Of a stretch of 64,000 nt of DNA, positions 32,413 through 41,300 are shown piece by piece. The stretch comes from Pseudomonadales bacterium. GTDB taxonomy: Bacteria > Pseudomonadota > Gammaproteobacteria > Pseudomonadales > CAWVSB01. The first letter of the stretch is position 1; every line of letters starts with the position of its first letter. The notes beneath the pieces were generated by a model that was not told where the DNA came from, searched no databases, and worked only from the letters and a program-made list of their open reading frames with translations. The translations under genes and the position numbers were made by a program. The stretch lies in assembly GCA_036960375.1 (NCBI GenBank), contig JBALVY010000002.1, positions 659,049 through 723,048 of the forward strand. Direction: 5' to 3'.

Positions 32413-32776
32413 AAGGATATTCGGTTCAGTGGGCACCCACAGATGACGTGCGCGAAAATCATCATCAATGGCCGAATATTTACTAAGTGCTGAATCAAGC
32501 TGGTTAACGACAATGGGTCTTGTCGTGAATGAATATTTCCTGAAGTACTGCAATGGCTCGAGATTGCTTGTCAGCCTATTTCCTCCGCGTTTGCTCAAAC
32601 GCAATAAGATGTTTATTTTTGTCACTCTCCACCTATCCAGTTCAAATCGATGAGCGGCTATATTATGGCCAAAAAAATTTCTCGAAGTAAGCTGAGGGGG
32701 ATTTGGCCGAGAGTAGGGAAGGCAAGGGAGCCTTTGTAGCTAAATAGTCATTCACGCCAAGAATACGAGTGGCACT

Positions 32777-33249
32777 ATGAGCTTTTACGACGTTGATAAG
32801 GTCGAAAAGGTTTGGGGCCTTGAGCCCTCAGAAGGGATGCGTCGAAAGCGCAAGCACGGGTAGCGGCTGCGCCTTTTGAGCTTGAGTGGCTGGGTTTGCC
32901 GGGTGAAGAAATTCCATTGGATGACAACAGTGCCGATACTATCGTATTAACTTATAGCTTATGTACTATTCCAGATTGGCGCGCGGCCATTGAGCAGATG
33001 CGCCGAGTTTTGAAGCCCGGTGGAAAGCTACTTTTTAGCGAACACGGTAAAGCGCCTGATGAAGCAGTGCTCAAATGGCAAAATAAGATTAATCCGCTGT
33101 GGATGAAAGTGGCAGGCGGTTGTCATTTGAATCGTGATATTCCTGAACTGATTCGAGAAGGCAGTTTTTATATCAAACAGCTCGATAGTATGTATGTGCC
33201 GTCAACGCCGAAAGTGGCCGGGTATACCTATTGGGGATACGCGGTATAA
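32777..33249 (+). pseudogene. Class I SAM-dependent methyltransferase remnant (N-terminally truncated and frameshifted)
   Basis: Frame A (32777..32863) reads MSFYDVDKVEKVWGLEPSEGMRRK..stop. Frame B is open from 32824 and continues AQARVAAAPFELEWLGLPGEEIPLDDNSADTIVLTYSLCTIPD...RVLKPGGKLLFSEHG...GGCHLNRDI. The switch falls at the short A-run 32845..32847. No GxGxG SAM-binding motif I is found upstream. Confidence 0.65.
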
Positions 33250-33340
33250 ATAGTCATACTCTTTCTTCCGCCGTCGCGACTTCCTCAGGCATAGATTAAT
33301 GGTTCTTGAGCGAATGGGCGCCGTCTTGTAACAAGCTTGT

Positions 33341-35185
33341 TTACAACGTGGGTGAGTAGTAAATAGGAGACGTATAAGCGCGCTCCTGTAACGAGATAGC
33401 CTGTCCGGTTTCTGCCGGGTCTATCTGCAAAGCGATGGCGTCCAGGGTTGAATGGCGCGGCGTAGCAACTTCGATAACACGAACATAATAAAATGCCGAC
33501 TGCAGAGGATCAAAGTCCGGGTCCGTCCAGACCGTAGATAAGGTCGGTGATCCGTATTCGTTTGAGTAGGTTCCCGTCGTGGAGTTGACAGTGTCGGGTA
33601 GCATCGGCAAATTGCCATCGGGGTCTATTACTCGTGATCCAGACCAAGCGGCATCGTATACCTTCTCGTAAGTTTTATCTCCGTCGCGCCAACCTTTGAT
33701 TACCTGAAGTCGGTCCAGATGGGCGCTTTTGGGGTCTTTACCGGCATTGATTAAGAAACTGGGTGCCTGGCTGAGATTAGATAGTTCGCCGCCCATGGGT
33801 ACGCCCATTTCTCGCGCCGCTTTATGGTCCAGCGTTTTGTCGTCATCTGGTTTAAAGTTGGTACCCGCGTAAACGCTAACGCGGATCAGTGGTCCGGTGG
33901 TGCCGTAAATTTCACGACGTTGAAAGGCTTTGAATATCGCTTCGCGGGTATTCTCTTCGGCCCATACGCCAGCCAAGCCCGAGGCCGACATCGCCCAACC
34001 CAGTTTGTCTATAGTACCGCTGGAACGGGACTTGTCTTTGGGCAGGGAGTCTGTGGCCATTTTCCCCCAGAAATTAGGTTCCTCTGCCCCAGCCAGTCCG
34101 GTATGTGAATCAGTTGAGCCAATAATGCCTAAGCGATAGGGGTTTTGGCCAAACTGTTGCTCTAGCTTTAGCCCAGTTTTTAAGGCTGCGCGTACAAAGT
34201 CCCCTTCAGAGACGCTGTAGGCGGGTATTCCGGGTTTCAGGTAGTAAGGGAAAGCTTCGAATTCTGCGAAGGGGTCATTTGGAGACAGTTGTATGTCGGT
34301 TTCCGAATCCCCTTTGACTTGAGTGATTTCAACTGCCAGTTCCCAGCGAGCGCGCAGAGCAATCCACTCGGCATCGATGGCCGTTCCTCGTAGGCGTCTT
34401 TCTGAGGGGAACATAAAGCCCCGGGAAATGTTCGAGTTGTGCGGAATTGCCACGAAGTCAGCCCCTGTCCTAGTGGCCGTTTGATCAAGCCACTGCCATA
34501 GGTCTTCCGGGTAATTGCTCGAGGACGAGGCGTAGGGGATATATTGCTGGGCGGTGGCGGCATCGCTGTCGGTAAAAATAACGCGGTGTAAGTTAGCGCC
34601 TGCGGGAATTGAACTCCACTCCCAACCGATAAGCGTGGTAAAGCTACCGGGTGTATTGTGCTCGTCCGCTGCGTTGGTACTGTCACGCCACGTTTGCGCA
34701 CGGACTAATTCGGCATTTGGAATGGGTAGGGACGGCGGTGTTTTGGCAGATTCAACCACATCGTCTGTCGCATCTGTGGCAAATTTGAGAAGGAAGCTGA
34801 TGCTGTTTGGGTCGCCTGCCATGTAGCTTAGGGCTGCTTCAGCGAACCAGGACTTTAACCAATCAATGGGGCCAAGCCCCTCTCGTGGCAAGCCTTCTTC
34901 ATTGGCGCGCCGGAAAACACCATAACTTTCGGCGTGGTCTGCCACTACCAAAAAATCCAGTGGTGTATCCAGTTGCACCCGTGTGCGGGTACTGGGGTGA
35001 ATAACGGGTAAGCCTCGTGCAAAGCGGAAGGCAGTGTCAGGGTCGGCGCTGAAGTTCTGGCTAAGATACGAGTCGGGAGAATAGGACGTGTGCACATGGG
35101 TATCGCCCCACAATAGCTGCATGTCTTCGCCCCAGCTGGACAGGGGTAGCAGGCAAAGTAACACAATAGCTAGGCTTCTACTCAT
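33341..35185 (-). CDS. Exported DUF3604-like protein (PHP-type metal-dependent phosphoesterase fold)
   Basis: 614 aa with a signal peptide. N-terminal His cluster LLWGDTHVHTSYSPDSY, and later VVADHAESYG and IGSTDSHTG. The family call is from memory of the motif pattern. Confidence 0.65.
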   Translation of the reverse strand: MSRSLAIVLLCLLPLSSWGEDMQLLWGDTHVHTSYSPDSYLSQNFSADPDTAFRFARGLPVIHPSTRTRVQLDTPLDFLVVADHAESYGVFRRANEEGLPREGLGPIDWLKSWFAEAALSYMAGDPNSISFLLKFATDATDDVVESAKTPPSLPIPNAELVRAQTWRDSTNAADEHNTPGSFTTLIGWEWSSIPAGANLHRVIFTDSDAATAQQYIPYASSSSNYPEDLWQWLDQTATRTGADFVAIPHNSNISRGFMFPSERRLRGTAIDAEWIALRARWELAVEITQVKGDSETDIQLSPNDPFAEFEAFPYYLKPGIPAYSVSEGDFVRAALKTGLKLEQQFGQNPYRLGIIGSTDSHTGLAGAEEPNFWGKMATDSLPKDKSRSSGTIDKLGWAMSASGLAGVWAEENTREAIFKAFQRREIYGTTGPLIRVSVYAGTNFKPDDDKTLDHKAAREMGVPMGGELSNLSQAPSFLINAGKDPKSAHLDRLQVIKGWRDGDKTYEKVYDAAWSGSRVIDPDGNLPMLPDTVNSTTGTYSNEYGSPTLSTVWTDPDFDPLQSAFYYVRVIEVATPRHSTLDAIALQIDPAETGQAISLQERAYTSPIYYSPTL

Positions 35186-35380
35186 AGCGTATATCCTGAA
35201 AATCTAATTGTCAGTATAGCGGCTACAGTACACTTGGTAGATTAGTTATGGAATGAGAACTCAATTAACAGATGTCCAGAATTCCACTGCGATGTCGGGG
35301 AGTGATCGTTTTTAACCATACGAAAGACCGAATTTGTGCTTTTTACACCTTGTCGTACTGGCTATTATCTATTCACGTAA

Positions 35381-35861
35381 ATGATTATGTCAGCCAACGT
35401 GAATGCGGAGAATAAAGCCATGAGCTATGAATGTATTCAGACCGAGCGCCAGGGGCATATTTTTATTGTCACCATTGACCGGCCCGATGTAATGAATGCA
35501 GTTAGCCCTGCGGCCAATTTTGAAATGGAGCAGGCCTTTAATGAATTTGAGGCCGATGCGGATTTGTTGGTAGCCATTGTAACCGGCACTCGGCCTGGTC
35601 AATTCAGTAGTACCGGCTGACCAGCTAATGGAAGAAGCTTTAAAGATGGCTAACAGAATATTGAAATGCGCACCATTGGCAGTGCAAGCCAGCAAGCAGT
35701 GTGCGCTTGATGGTTTGGCCTATGCGGACGTGAATGAAGCAATGGACGCGCAGGCTGCGGGTAAGTTTGACCGGCTGGAGGCGATGTACCAGAGCGAAGA
35801 TATTCGTGAGGGGCTAAAGGCTTTTATGGAAAAGCGTAAACCCCAGTGGCAGGGTAAATAA
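35381..35861 (+). pseudogene. Enoyl-CoA hydratase/crotonase remnant with an internal deletion
   Basis: ORF 35381..35620 gives the crotonase N-terminus (MSYECIQTERQGHIFIVTIDRPDVMNAV...LLVAIVTG) and then stops. A second frame, open from 35583, gives the crotonase C-terminus (ALGLVNSVVPADQLMEEALKMANRILKCAPLAVQASK...KRKPQWQGK). The central oxyanion-hole and catalytic region is absent. Confidence 0.75.
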
Positions 35862-35870
35862 TAGAGAGGA

Positions 35871-36635
35871 ATGATCATGGGTATATTACAGGATAAGATA
35901 GGCTTGGTAACTGGTAGTGGTATGGGTATAGGGCGTGCGATTGCGCTGACTTATGCACGCGAGGGGGCCAAGGTGGTTGTCGCTGACTTTAATGTCGAAG
36001 CGGGGCAGGAAACAGTCGCGCTTATCAAAGCCGCCGGCGGTGATGCATTTTTTGTACAGGGCGATGTCAGCAAGGAAGAACAGGTAGAAACTACTATACA
36101 GGCAGTAGTCGACCATTATGGTCGTCTGGATATAGCCTGTAATTCGGCTGCGGTGAGCCGTGGCTCTGGTCCAATCCATGAATACGACCGCACGGTGTTC
36201 GATCAGACATTAGAAATGTGCCTGACCAATACGTGGCTGTGTATGAAGCATGAGATAGCTGCCATGTTAAAGACGGGCGGTGGCGCCATTGTGAATATTT
36301 CCTCTAATGCTTCCTTGAAAGGACAGGCATTTAATACTGCTTATGCGGCAGCCAAAGCGGGTGTCAATGTTTTGACTAAAAGTTCTGCGGCAGAGTATGG
36401 CTCCAAAGGCATTCGAATTAACGCGGTGTCGCCCGGTGTGATTCGCACCCCGGGTATCGAAAAGTATTTTGAAGATCAGCCCGAAATGGCGGAGGGTCTA
36501 AAGCGTGCGGCAGTGATGAACCGATTGGGCGAGCCAGAAGAAATTGCAGAAGCAGTGGCGTTTATGTCTTCTGACAGGGCTTCGTTTATAACGGGGCAAC
36601 TGCTCTCTGTTGATGGCGGTGGTGCGGTTCGCTAG
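35871..36635 (+). CDS. Short-chain dehydrogenase/reductase (FabG-like)
   Basis: TGSGMGIGRA cofactor motif, NSAA, and catalytic YAAAKAG. ATG 35877 has better SD spacing than ATG 35871. Confidence 0.9.
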   Translation: MIMGILQDKIGLVTGSGMGIGRAIALTYAREGAKVVVADFNVEAGQETVALIKAAGGDAFFVQGDVSKEEQVETTIQAVVDHYGRLDIACNSAAVSRGSGPIHEYDRTVFDQTLEMCLTNTWLCMKHEIAAMLKTGGGAIVNISSNASLKGQAFNTAYAAAKAGVNVLTKSSAAEYGSKGIRINAVSPGVIRTPGIEKYFEDQPEMAEGLKRAAVMNRLGEPEEIAEAVAFMSSDRASFITGQLLSVDGGGAVR

Positions 36636-36710
36636 TGGCTAAATGGTTAGTTTAAGTTGCAAGGCTAAAGCGGTTTAATGATATTCCACTGTCGATCAAA
36701 GGAATAGCAC

Positions 36711-37487
36711 ATGTCTTTACGTTTGGATAATAAAGTCGCCCTGGTAACCGGCGGCGCCAGCGGTATTGGTGAGGCAGTCTGTAAGCGTTTTGCCGAAGAG
36801 GGCGCGGTCGTCATTGTCAGTGACATTAACGTTGCGGGTGCGGAGCGGGTTGCGGCAGAGATATCGGCTGTTGGGGGTGACGCCGTTGCGCGAGCTTTGG
36901 ATGTGACAGACCAGCAAGCCTGGATAGCGATAGTCGATTATATTATGGCCGAGCATGGTCGCCTGGAAGTATTGGTCAATAATGCAGGTATAGTGTTAGT
37001 TGGTAGTGTTGAGCATGCCAGCCTGGAAGATTGGCATAAAACCCTGGCGGTCAATTTGGACTCTGTATTCCTGGGTTCGCAAACGGCTATTAAGGTGATG
37101 AAAAATACCGGCGGCTCGATTATTAATATTTCCTCTATTGAGGGTTTGATAGGTGAGCCTGGTACGGCGGCCTATAACGCTAGTAAAGGCGGGGTGAGAA
37201 TCTTTACCAAGTCGGCCGCATTGTATTGTGCTCAGGAAGATTACAATATTCGCGTCAACTCTGTTCATCCGGGTTTTATCGAAACGCCCATGGTCATCAA
37301 TGGTTTTGCCGAGATGGAAGCGGATGTCGCCGTAACGATGGCTGAGCTACTCGGCAGCAGTATTCCGTTAAAGGCTATGGGCAGGCCATTAGATATAGCC
37401 AATGGCTGCTTGTTTCTCGCCTCTGACGAGTCTGTTTATATGACGGGTAGCGAATTGGTTATCGACGGCGGTTTTACCGCTAGATAG
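36711..37487 (+). CDS. Short-chain dehydrogenase/reductase
   Basis: VTGGASGIGEA, NNAG, and catalytic YNASKGG. Confidence 0.9.
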   Translation: MSLRLDNKVALVTGGASGIGEAVCKRFAEEGAVVIVSDINVAGAERVAAEISAVGGDAVARALDVTDQQAWIAIVDYIMAEHGRLEVLVNNAGIVLVGSVEHASLEDWHKTLAVNLDSVFLGSQTAIKVMKNTGGSIINISSIEGLIGEPGTAAYNASKGGVRIFTKSAALYCAQEDYNIRVNSVHPGFIETPMVINGFAEMEADVAVTMAELLGSSIPLKAMGRPLDIANGCLFLASDESVYMTGSELVIDGGFTAR

Positions 37488-37756
37488 ATTGAATGGCTGG
37501 TTTGGCTTTACCCTGTAGATGAGGTGTGAAAGTCAATGATTTTGGGTCTTAAATTGGTCTTAGTTAGGGTTTATTCACATTGCTTGTGCCTGCTTTTTAG
37601 CCTGTGGTAATGTTATAAACTGACTATTTAGTAGGCAGCTGACGATCTCGCCTTTGTGCTTGATTTTAAACGCTTTATTGTCTTTTTTCCGGTTTGAGCG
37701 GCAACAATCATTGTCAGCTTGTTTTGCTCCAGCCATTAGTAGATTGGAATTTCGAT

Positions 37757-38722
37757 ATGAATCCTGAACAACGTGTGGAACTAGAAGAGAAGGCCAAGGC
37801 CTTTGTAGGCCGGTCTATTGCCGGCAAACATACAGCCTCTGATGCTATTAATATGCCTATGATACGACATTGGGCTGAAGCGGTAGGTGATACAAACCCG
37901 GCCTATAGCGATCCCGAATGGGCCAAAAATAGCCAGAGAGAGAGAATCATTGCGCCTCCGGCGATGATGTATGCCTGGGCTCAGCATGGCTACCCCGTCG
38001 CGGGTACCGGCCGTCCTTTTGACGGGCAGTCACAGTTGGTAGAGCTTTTTGATTCTTACGGCTTTACCGGTAGTTTAGGTGTGAACGTCACTCAGGAATA
38101 TTTTGCCGATATGTATATCGGCGATACCATCACTGAAGATGCGATTATTGAGTCGGTATCTGAGCAAAAGAGTACGGCGCGTGGTATTGGTTACTTCTTT
38201 CAAACGCTGGCCAGGTTTACCAACCAGAATGGCGAGTTGGTGGGGATACAAACTTTCCGCGTATTGAAATTTATTCCTCAACCGGCTGAAGCTGCAGCGC
38301 CTGCTGCCGCTGAAGATAAACTGGAAGTGCCCACGCGCATTGCCTCTCCCCGCGGTCAGGACAATGGTTGGTGGTGGGAAGCCTGTGATGCAGGCAAGGT
38401 GCTTATTCAGCGTTGTAAGAGCTGTCAAACTTTACGCCATCCCCCTCGACCAATGTGTGGCGAGTGTCAATCGACGGAATGGGACAGCATTGAGTCCACG
38501 CTTGATGGCGAGGTATTCAGTTTTGTTGAAATGCATTATCCCAAATTTCCGGGTTATCAGTATCCGCTGATTGTCGCGGTTATCGATCTGGCAGAAGGCA
38601 CACGTATCGTTGCCAATGTGGTTGGCTGCGATGCGGCTGACGTGAAAATAGGCATGAAGCTGAAAGGAAAAGTGGAACAGGTTGATGAAAAAACCATGTT
38701 GCCACAATTCTACCCGGCATAA
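37757..38722 (+). CDS. Hot-dog (MaoC N-terminal-like) hydratase subunit fused to a C-terminal DUF35 zinc-ribbon/OB-fold domain (ChsH2-like architecture)
   Basis: The C-terminal Cys4 ribbon is CKSCQTLRHPPRPMCGECQS, followed by the OB-fold block GEVFSFVEMHYP...IVAVIDLAEGTRIVANVVG. The N-terminal ~190 aa are hot-dog-like. The track ORF starts at TTG 37694; ATG 37757 (MNPEQRVELEEKAKAF) is the likelier start. Confidence 0.8.
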   Translation: MNPEQRVELEEKAKAFVGRSIAGKHTASDAINMPMIRHWAEAVGDTNPAYSDPEWAKNSQRERIIAPPAMMYAWAQHGYPVAGTGRPFDGQSQLVELFDSYGFTGSLGVNVTQEYFADMYIGDTITEDAIIESVSEQKSTARGIGYFFQTLARFTNQNGELVGIQTFRVLKFIPQPAEAAAPAAAEDKLEVPTRIASPRGQDNGWWWEACDAGKVLIQRCKSCQTLRHPPRPMCGECQSTEWDSIESTLDGEVFSFVEMHYPKFPGYQYPLIVAVIDLAEGTRIVANVVGCDAADVKIGMKLKGKVEQVDEKTMLPQFYPA

Positions 38723-38744
38723 ACGACACATTGGAGATAATGTT

Positions 38745-39170
38745 ATGAACAATACTTTGAAATATGCCGATGTGAATGTCGGAGATAAATTACCTGATTT
38801 GGATATCGCGATCACTTCTTCCATGATCGTGAGCGCGGCTTTGGCCACTCGTGATTTTGAACCTTGCCACCATGATAAAACGGTTGCCCAGGGTATGGGT
38901 ATGCCGGATGTTTTCATGAATATCCTCACTAGTCAGGCATTTATGACCCGTTTTGTGACCGACTGGAGTGGCCCTGAAGCAGTAGTGAAAAAACTGGATG
39001 TCAAACTGGGTGCGCCCAATACACCTGGTATGGTTATGACTATCAGTGGCGACATTACAGCTAAAGATGACGAGACCGGTTGTGTCGATATCGCTGTTAC
39101 TGGCGAAAACAATATATGGGGTATGCACATGACGGGTTCCGTGCTCATTGCCTTGCCTAAGGAGCTATAG
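38745..39170 (+). CDS. MaoC-like (R)-specific enoyl-CoA hydratase subunit (ChsH1-like)
   Basis: 141 aa hot-dog protein (..RDFEPCHHDKTVAQGMGMPDVFMNILT..). The start at ATG 38745 is preceded by GGAGA. The track's upstream extension overlaps the previous gene. Confidence 0.8.
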   Translation: MNNTLKYADVNVGDKLPDLDIAITSSMIVSAALATRDFEPCHHDKTVAQGMGMPDVFMNILTSQAFMTRFVTDWSGPEAVVKKLDVKLGAPNTPGMVMTISGDITAKDDETGCVDIAVTGENNIWGMHMTGSVLIALPKEL

Positions 39171-39172
39171 AT

Positions 39173-40348
39173 ATGAAACCTAATGTATCGGGCAAGTCTG
39201 CCATTGTTGGCGTAGCCAATACCAAATTTTCAAAAAACTCCGGTGTATCGGAATTACAGCTAGCCTGTGAGGCCGTGCGAGATGCAATTGCCGATGCCGG
39301 GCTGAAACCATCCGACGTTGACGGTATGACCACCTTTACGCTGGATGCAACCGATGAAATCGAGATTGCACGCGCCGTAGGTATTGGAGATTTAAGTTTC
39401 TACTCGCGGGTACCGCATGGCGGCGGTGCAGCTACCGGTTTACTTCACCAAGCGGCGATGGCAGTGGCCAGCGGCATGGCTGAAGTGGTGGTATGTTATC
39501 GCGCATTAAATGGTCGATCGGGCCACCGATATAGCTCGGGTGTTTCTGGCAATATTATGACTTCTGATGCTATTCATTGGGGCTGGTATACACCTTATGG
39601 CTTAATGACCCCAGCAAGCTGGGTGGCCATGTTTACCCAGCGATATATGCACCTGACAAAAGACTGCCAGGACGCCATGTATGAGGTGTCTCGTGTGCAG
39701 CGAGAGTATGCCGCATCTAACCCTGAGGCCTTCTTCTATGAGCAGCCCATTAATAGAGAGATGTACGATAGCGCCAAAGATATTGTTTCGCCTTTCAAAC
39801 TGCTCGATTGCTGCCAAGAAAGTGACGGTGGCAGCGCGGTGATTGTCACTACCGCAGAGCGTGCCAAAGATCTTAAGCATCCCGCTGTAGTCGTAAAGGG
39901 TGTTGGTCAGGCCGCCGCAGCTGATATGGAATCGATGACCAGTTTTTATCGTCCGGAGATAGCCGCCATTCCCTCAATGGATCAGGCTGCTAAATACGCC
40001 TATGCACAATCAGGGCTGACGCCAGACGATATCGATGCCGCTGTTATCTACGATGCATTTTCACCGATAGTATTATGGCAGCTCGAGTCATGGGGTTTTT
40101 GTGATCCGCTGACTGCACCGCAATTTGTGTTGGATGGCAATCTTGGCCCCAACGGCCGTTTGCCAACCAATACACATGGTGGTCAACTTAGCGAAGCGTA
40201 TATACATGGCGTGAACGGAATTGTTGAGGCTGCCAAGCTAGTGCGCGGTACCTCAATTAATCAGCCAGCCAAGGACGTCAATAACGTGCTGGTAACCTCC
40301 GGCGTTGGTGTACCAACCGGTGGCGCCATCTTGGGTAAAATGGACTAA
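39173..40348 (+). CDS. Thiolase-fold protein of the SCP-x/lipid-transfer type, lacking the nucleophilic Cys (Ltp2-like aldolase candidate)
   Basis: 391 aa with a thiolase-like N-terminus AIVGVANTKFSK and a C-terminus NTHGGQLSEAYIHGVNG. Where the true thiolase in this window (59066..60238) has DTQCGSAQ, this protein has PHGGGAAT. Confidence 0.75.
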   Translation: MKPNVSGKSAIVGVANTKFSKNSGVSELQLACEAVRDAIADAGLKPSDVDGMTTFTLDATDEIEIARAVGIGDLSFYSRVPHGGGAATGLLHQAAMAVASGMAEVVVCYRALNGRSGHRYSSGVSGNIMTSDAIHWGWYTPYGLMTPASWVAMFTQRYMHLTKDCQDAMYEVSRVQREYAASNPEAFFYEQPINREMYDSAKDIVSPFKLLDCCQESDGGSAVIVTTAERAKDLKHPAVVVKGVGQAAAADMESMTSFYRPEIAAIPSMDQAAKYAYAQSGLTPDDIDAAVIYDAFSPIVLWQLESWGFCDPLTAPQFVLDGNLGPNGRLPTNTHGGQLSEAYIHGVNGIVEAAKLVRGTSINQPAKDVNNVLVTSGVGVPTGGAILGKMD

Positions 40349-40354
40349 ATAAGT

Positions 40355-40378
40355 GGGCTGGAAACGGCCCGTTTTTTT
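40355..40378 (+). terminator. Rho-independent terminator after the thiolase-fold gene
   Basis: GGGCTG-GAAA-CGGCCC (one G.U pair, GNRA-type loop), followed by G and a run of seven T. Confidence 0.7.
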
Positions 40379-40410
40379 AGACGAATACTGAAATCCGTTT
40401 GGGAGAAATT

Positions 40411-41223
40411 ATGTCAAAGCGATTTGAAGGTAAGGTAGCCATCGTTACCGGCGCGAGCCTCGGTATAGGTCGCGCGGTTGCCACACAGCTGGCAGCTGAA
40501 GGTGCACGTGTTGTTGGCTGCGCCAGACGCAAGCCCAAACTGGATGAACTCGAAGCAAGCATCACTGCCACCGGTGGAAAGTTTACTGGCCTGGCGCTCG
40601 ATGTGAATGACGCGGAAGGCGTCGCCAAAATGGTCAACGACGTATTTGCTGAACATGGACGACTGGATGTATTGGTAAACAATGCGCCGTCTGTCAAAGG
40701 TGGCATGGTAGTCGATACATCACTCGAAGATTTCCAAGGTAACTTTAAAGCCTCGGTAGACAGTGTGTTTATGGCCTGCCGTGAAGCGATCAAAATCATG
40801 ATGAAGCAACGATCTGGCTCGATTGTCACTGTGTCATCGGTGAGCAGCCTTAAAGCCGGTATGGCTGCTGGCGGATATTCTGCCTCTAAAGCAGCAATAA
40901 ACCACTTCACTGCCTGTGCTGCAATGGAAGCCGCACCGTACAATGTGCGCTTGAATATTGTTGCCCCAGGCTCTACACAAACGGCAGGGCTGGAAGCCGC
41001 GACACGCAAAAACCAGAATGTGCTGGATGCCATAGCAGATACCATTCCTATGCAGCGTCATGGCACAGCCGAAGAAATGTCCGAAGCTATCTGCTTTCTT
41101 GCCTCAGACCAAGCATCATTTATCACCGGCGTGATATTGCCAGTTGATGGTGGTAAAACACCGCAGATGCACATACCGACTTTTGATATCACCGCACTCG
41201 ATAACGCCAAAGCCGCGAAGTAA
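40411..41223 (+). CDS. Short-chain dehydrogenase/reductase
   Basis: VTGASLGIGRA, NNAP, and catalytic YSASKAA. ATG 40411 is preceded by GGGAGA; the track start 40399 is TTG. Confidence 0.9.
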   Translation: MSKRFEGKVAIVTGASLGIGRAVATQLAAEGARVVGCARRKPKLDELEASITATGGKFTGLALDVNDAEGVAKMVNDVFAEHGRLDVLVNNAPSVKGGMVVDTSLEDFQGNFKASVDSVFMACREAIKIMMKQRSGSIVTVSSVSSLKAGMAAGGYSASKAAINHFTACAAMEAAPYNVRLNIVAPGSTQTAGLEAATRKNQNVLDAIADTIPMQRHGTAEEMSEAICFLASDQASFITGVILPVDGGKTPQMHIPTFDITALDNAKAAK

Positions 41224-41289
41224 TACAATGGGGGACGGAGCACTATATGGCCGCGAAGCGGCCATATAGTGCTCCGTCCCCCATTGTAT
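41223..41289. repeat. 67-nt perfect palindrome (32-bp stem, 3-nt loop) built on the 17-nt unit ACAATGGGGGACGGAGC
   Basis: ATACAATGGGGGACGGAGCACTATATGGCCGC-gaa-GCGGCCATATAGTGCTCCGTCCCCCATTGTAT. I checked every pair by hand. It starts at the last base of the SDR stop codon and ends 12 nt before the stop of the convergent hot-dog gene. Confidence 0.9.
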
Positions 41290-41300
41290 AAATCATTGTT

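Noticed and set aside
32413-32625. N-terminal part of the minus-strand ORF 32338..32625 (MTKINILLRLSKRGGNRLTSNLEPLQYFRKYSFTTRPIVVNQLD...) as a real gene
   Set aside because: Its C-terminal third is merely the antisense of the symporter remnant. The rest matches no family I recognise. It may be another truncated gene, but I cannot support a call.
30860-33300. Calling the debris zone a genomic island or mobile element
   Set aside because: No integrase, transposase, tRNA attachment site or flanking direct repeats could be found. Only fragments and a compositionally odd gene are present, so mobility is not supported.
40377-41045. 222-aa Ala/Ser-rich minus-strand ORF
   Set aside because: It is entirely antisense to a motif-complete SDR gene (40411..41223). 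This is a typical GC-rich antisense frame artefact. The same reasoning rejects 29387..29896, 38432..38929, 49031..49486, 52002..52415, 52579..53037 and 60913..61401.
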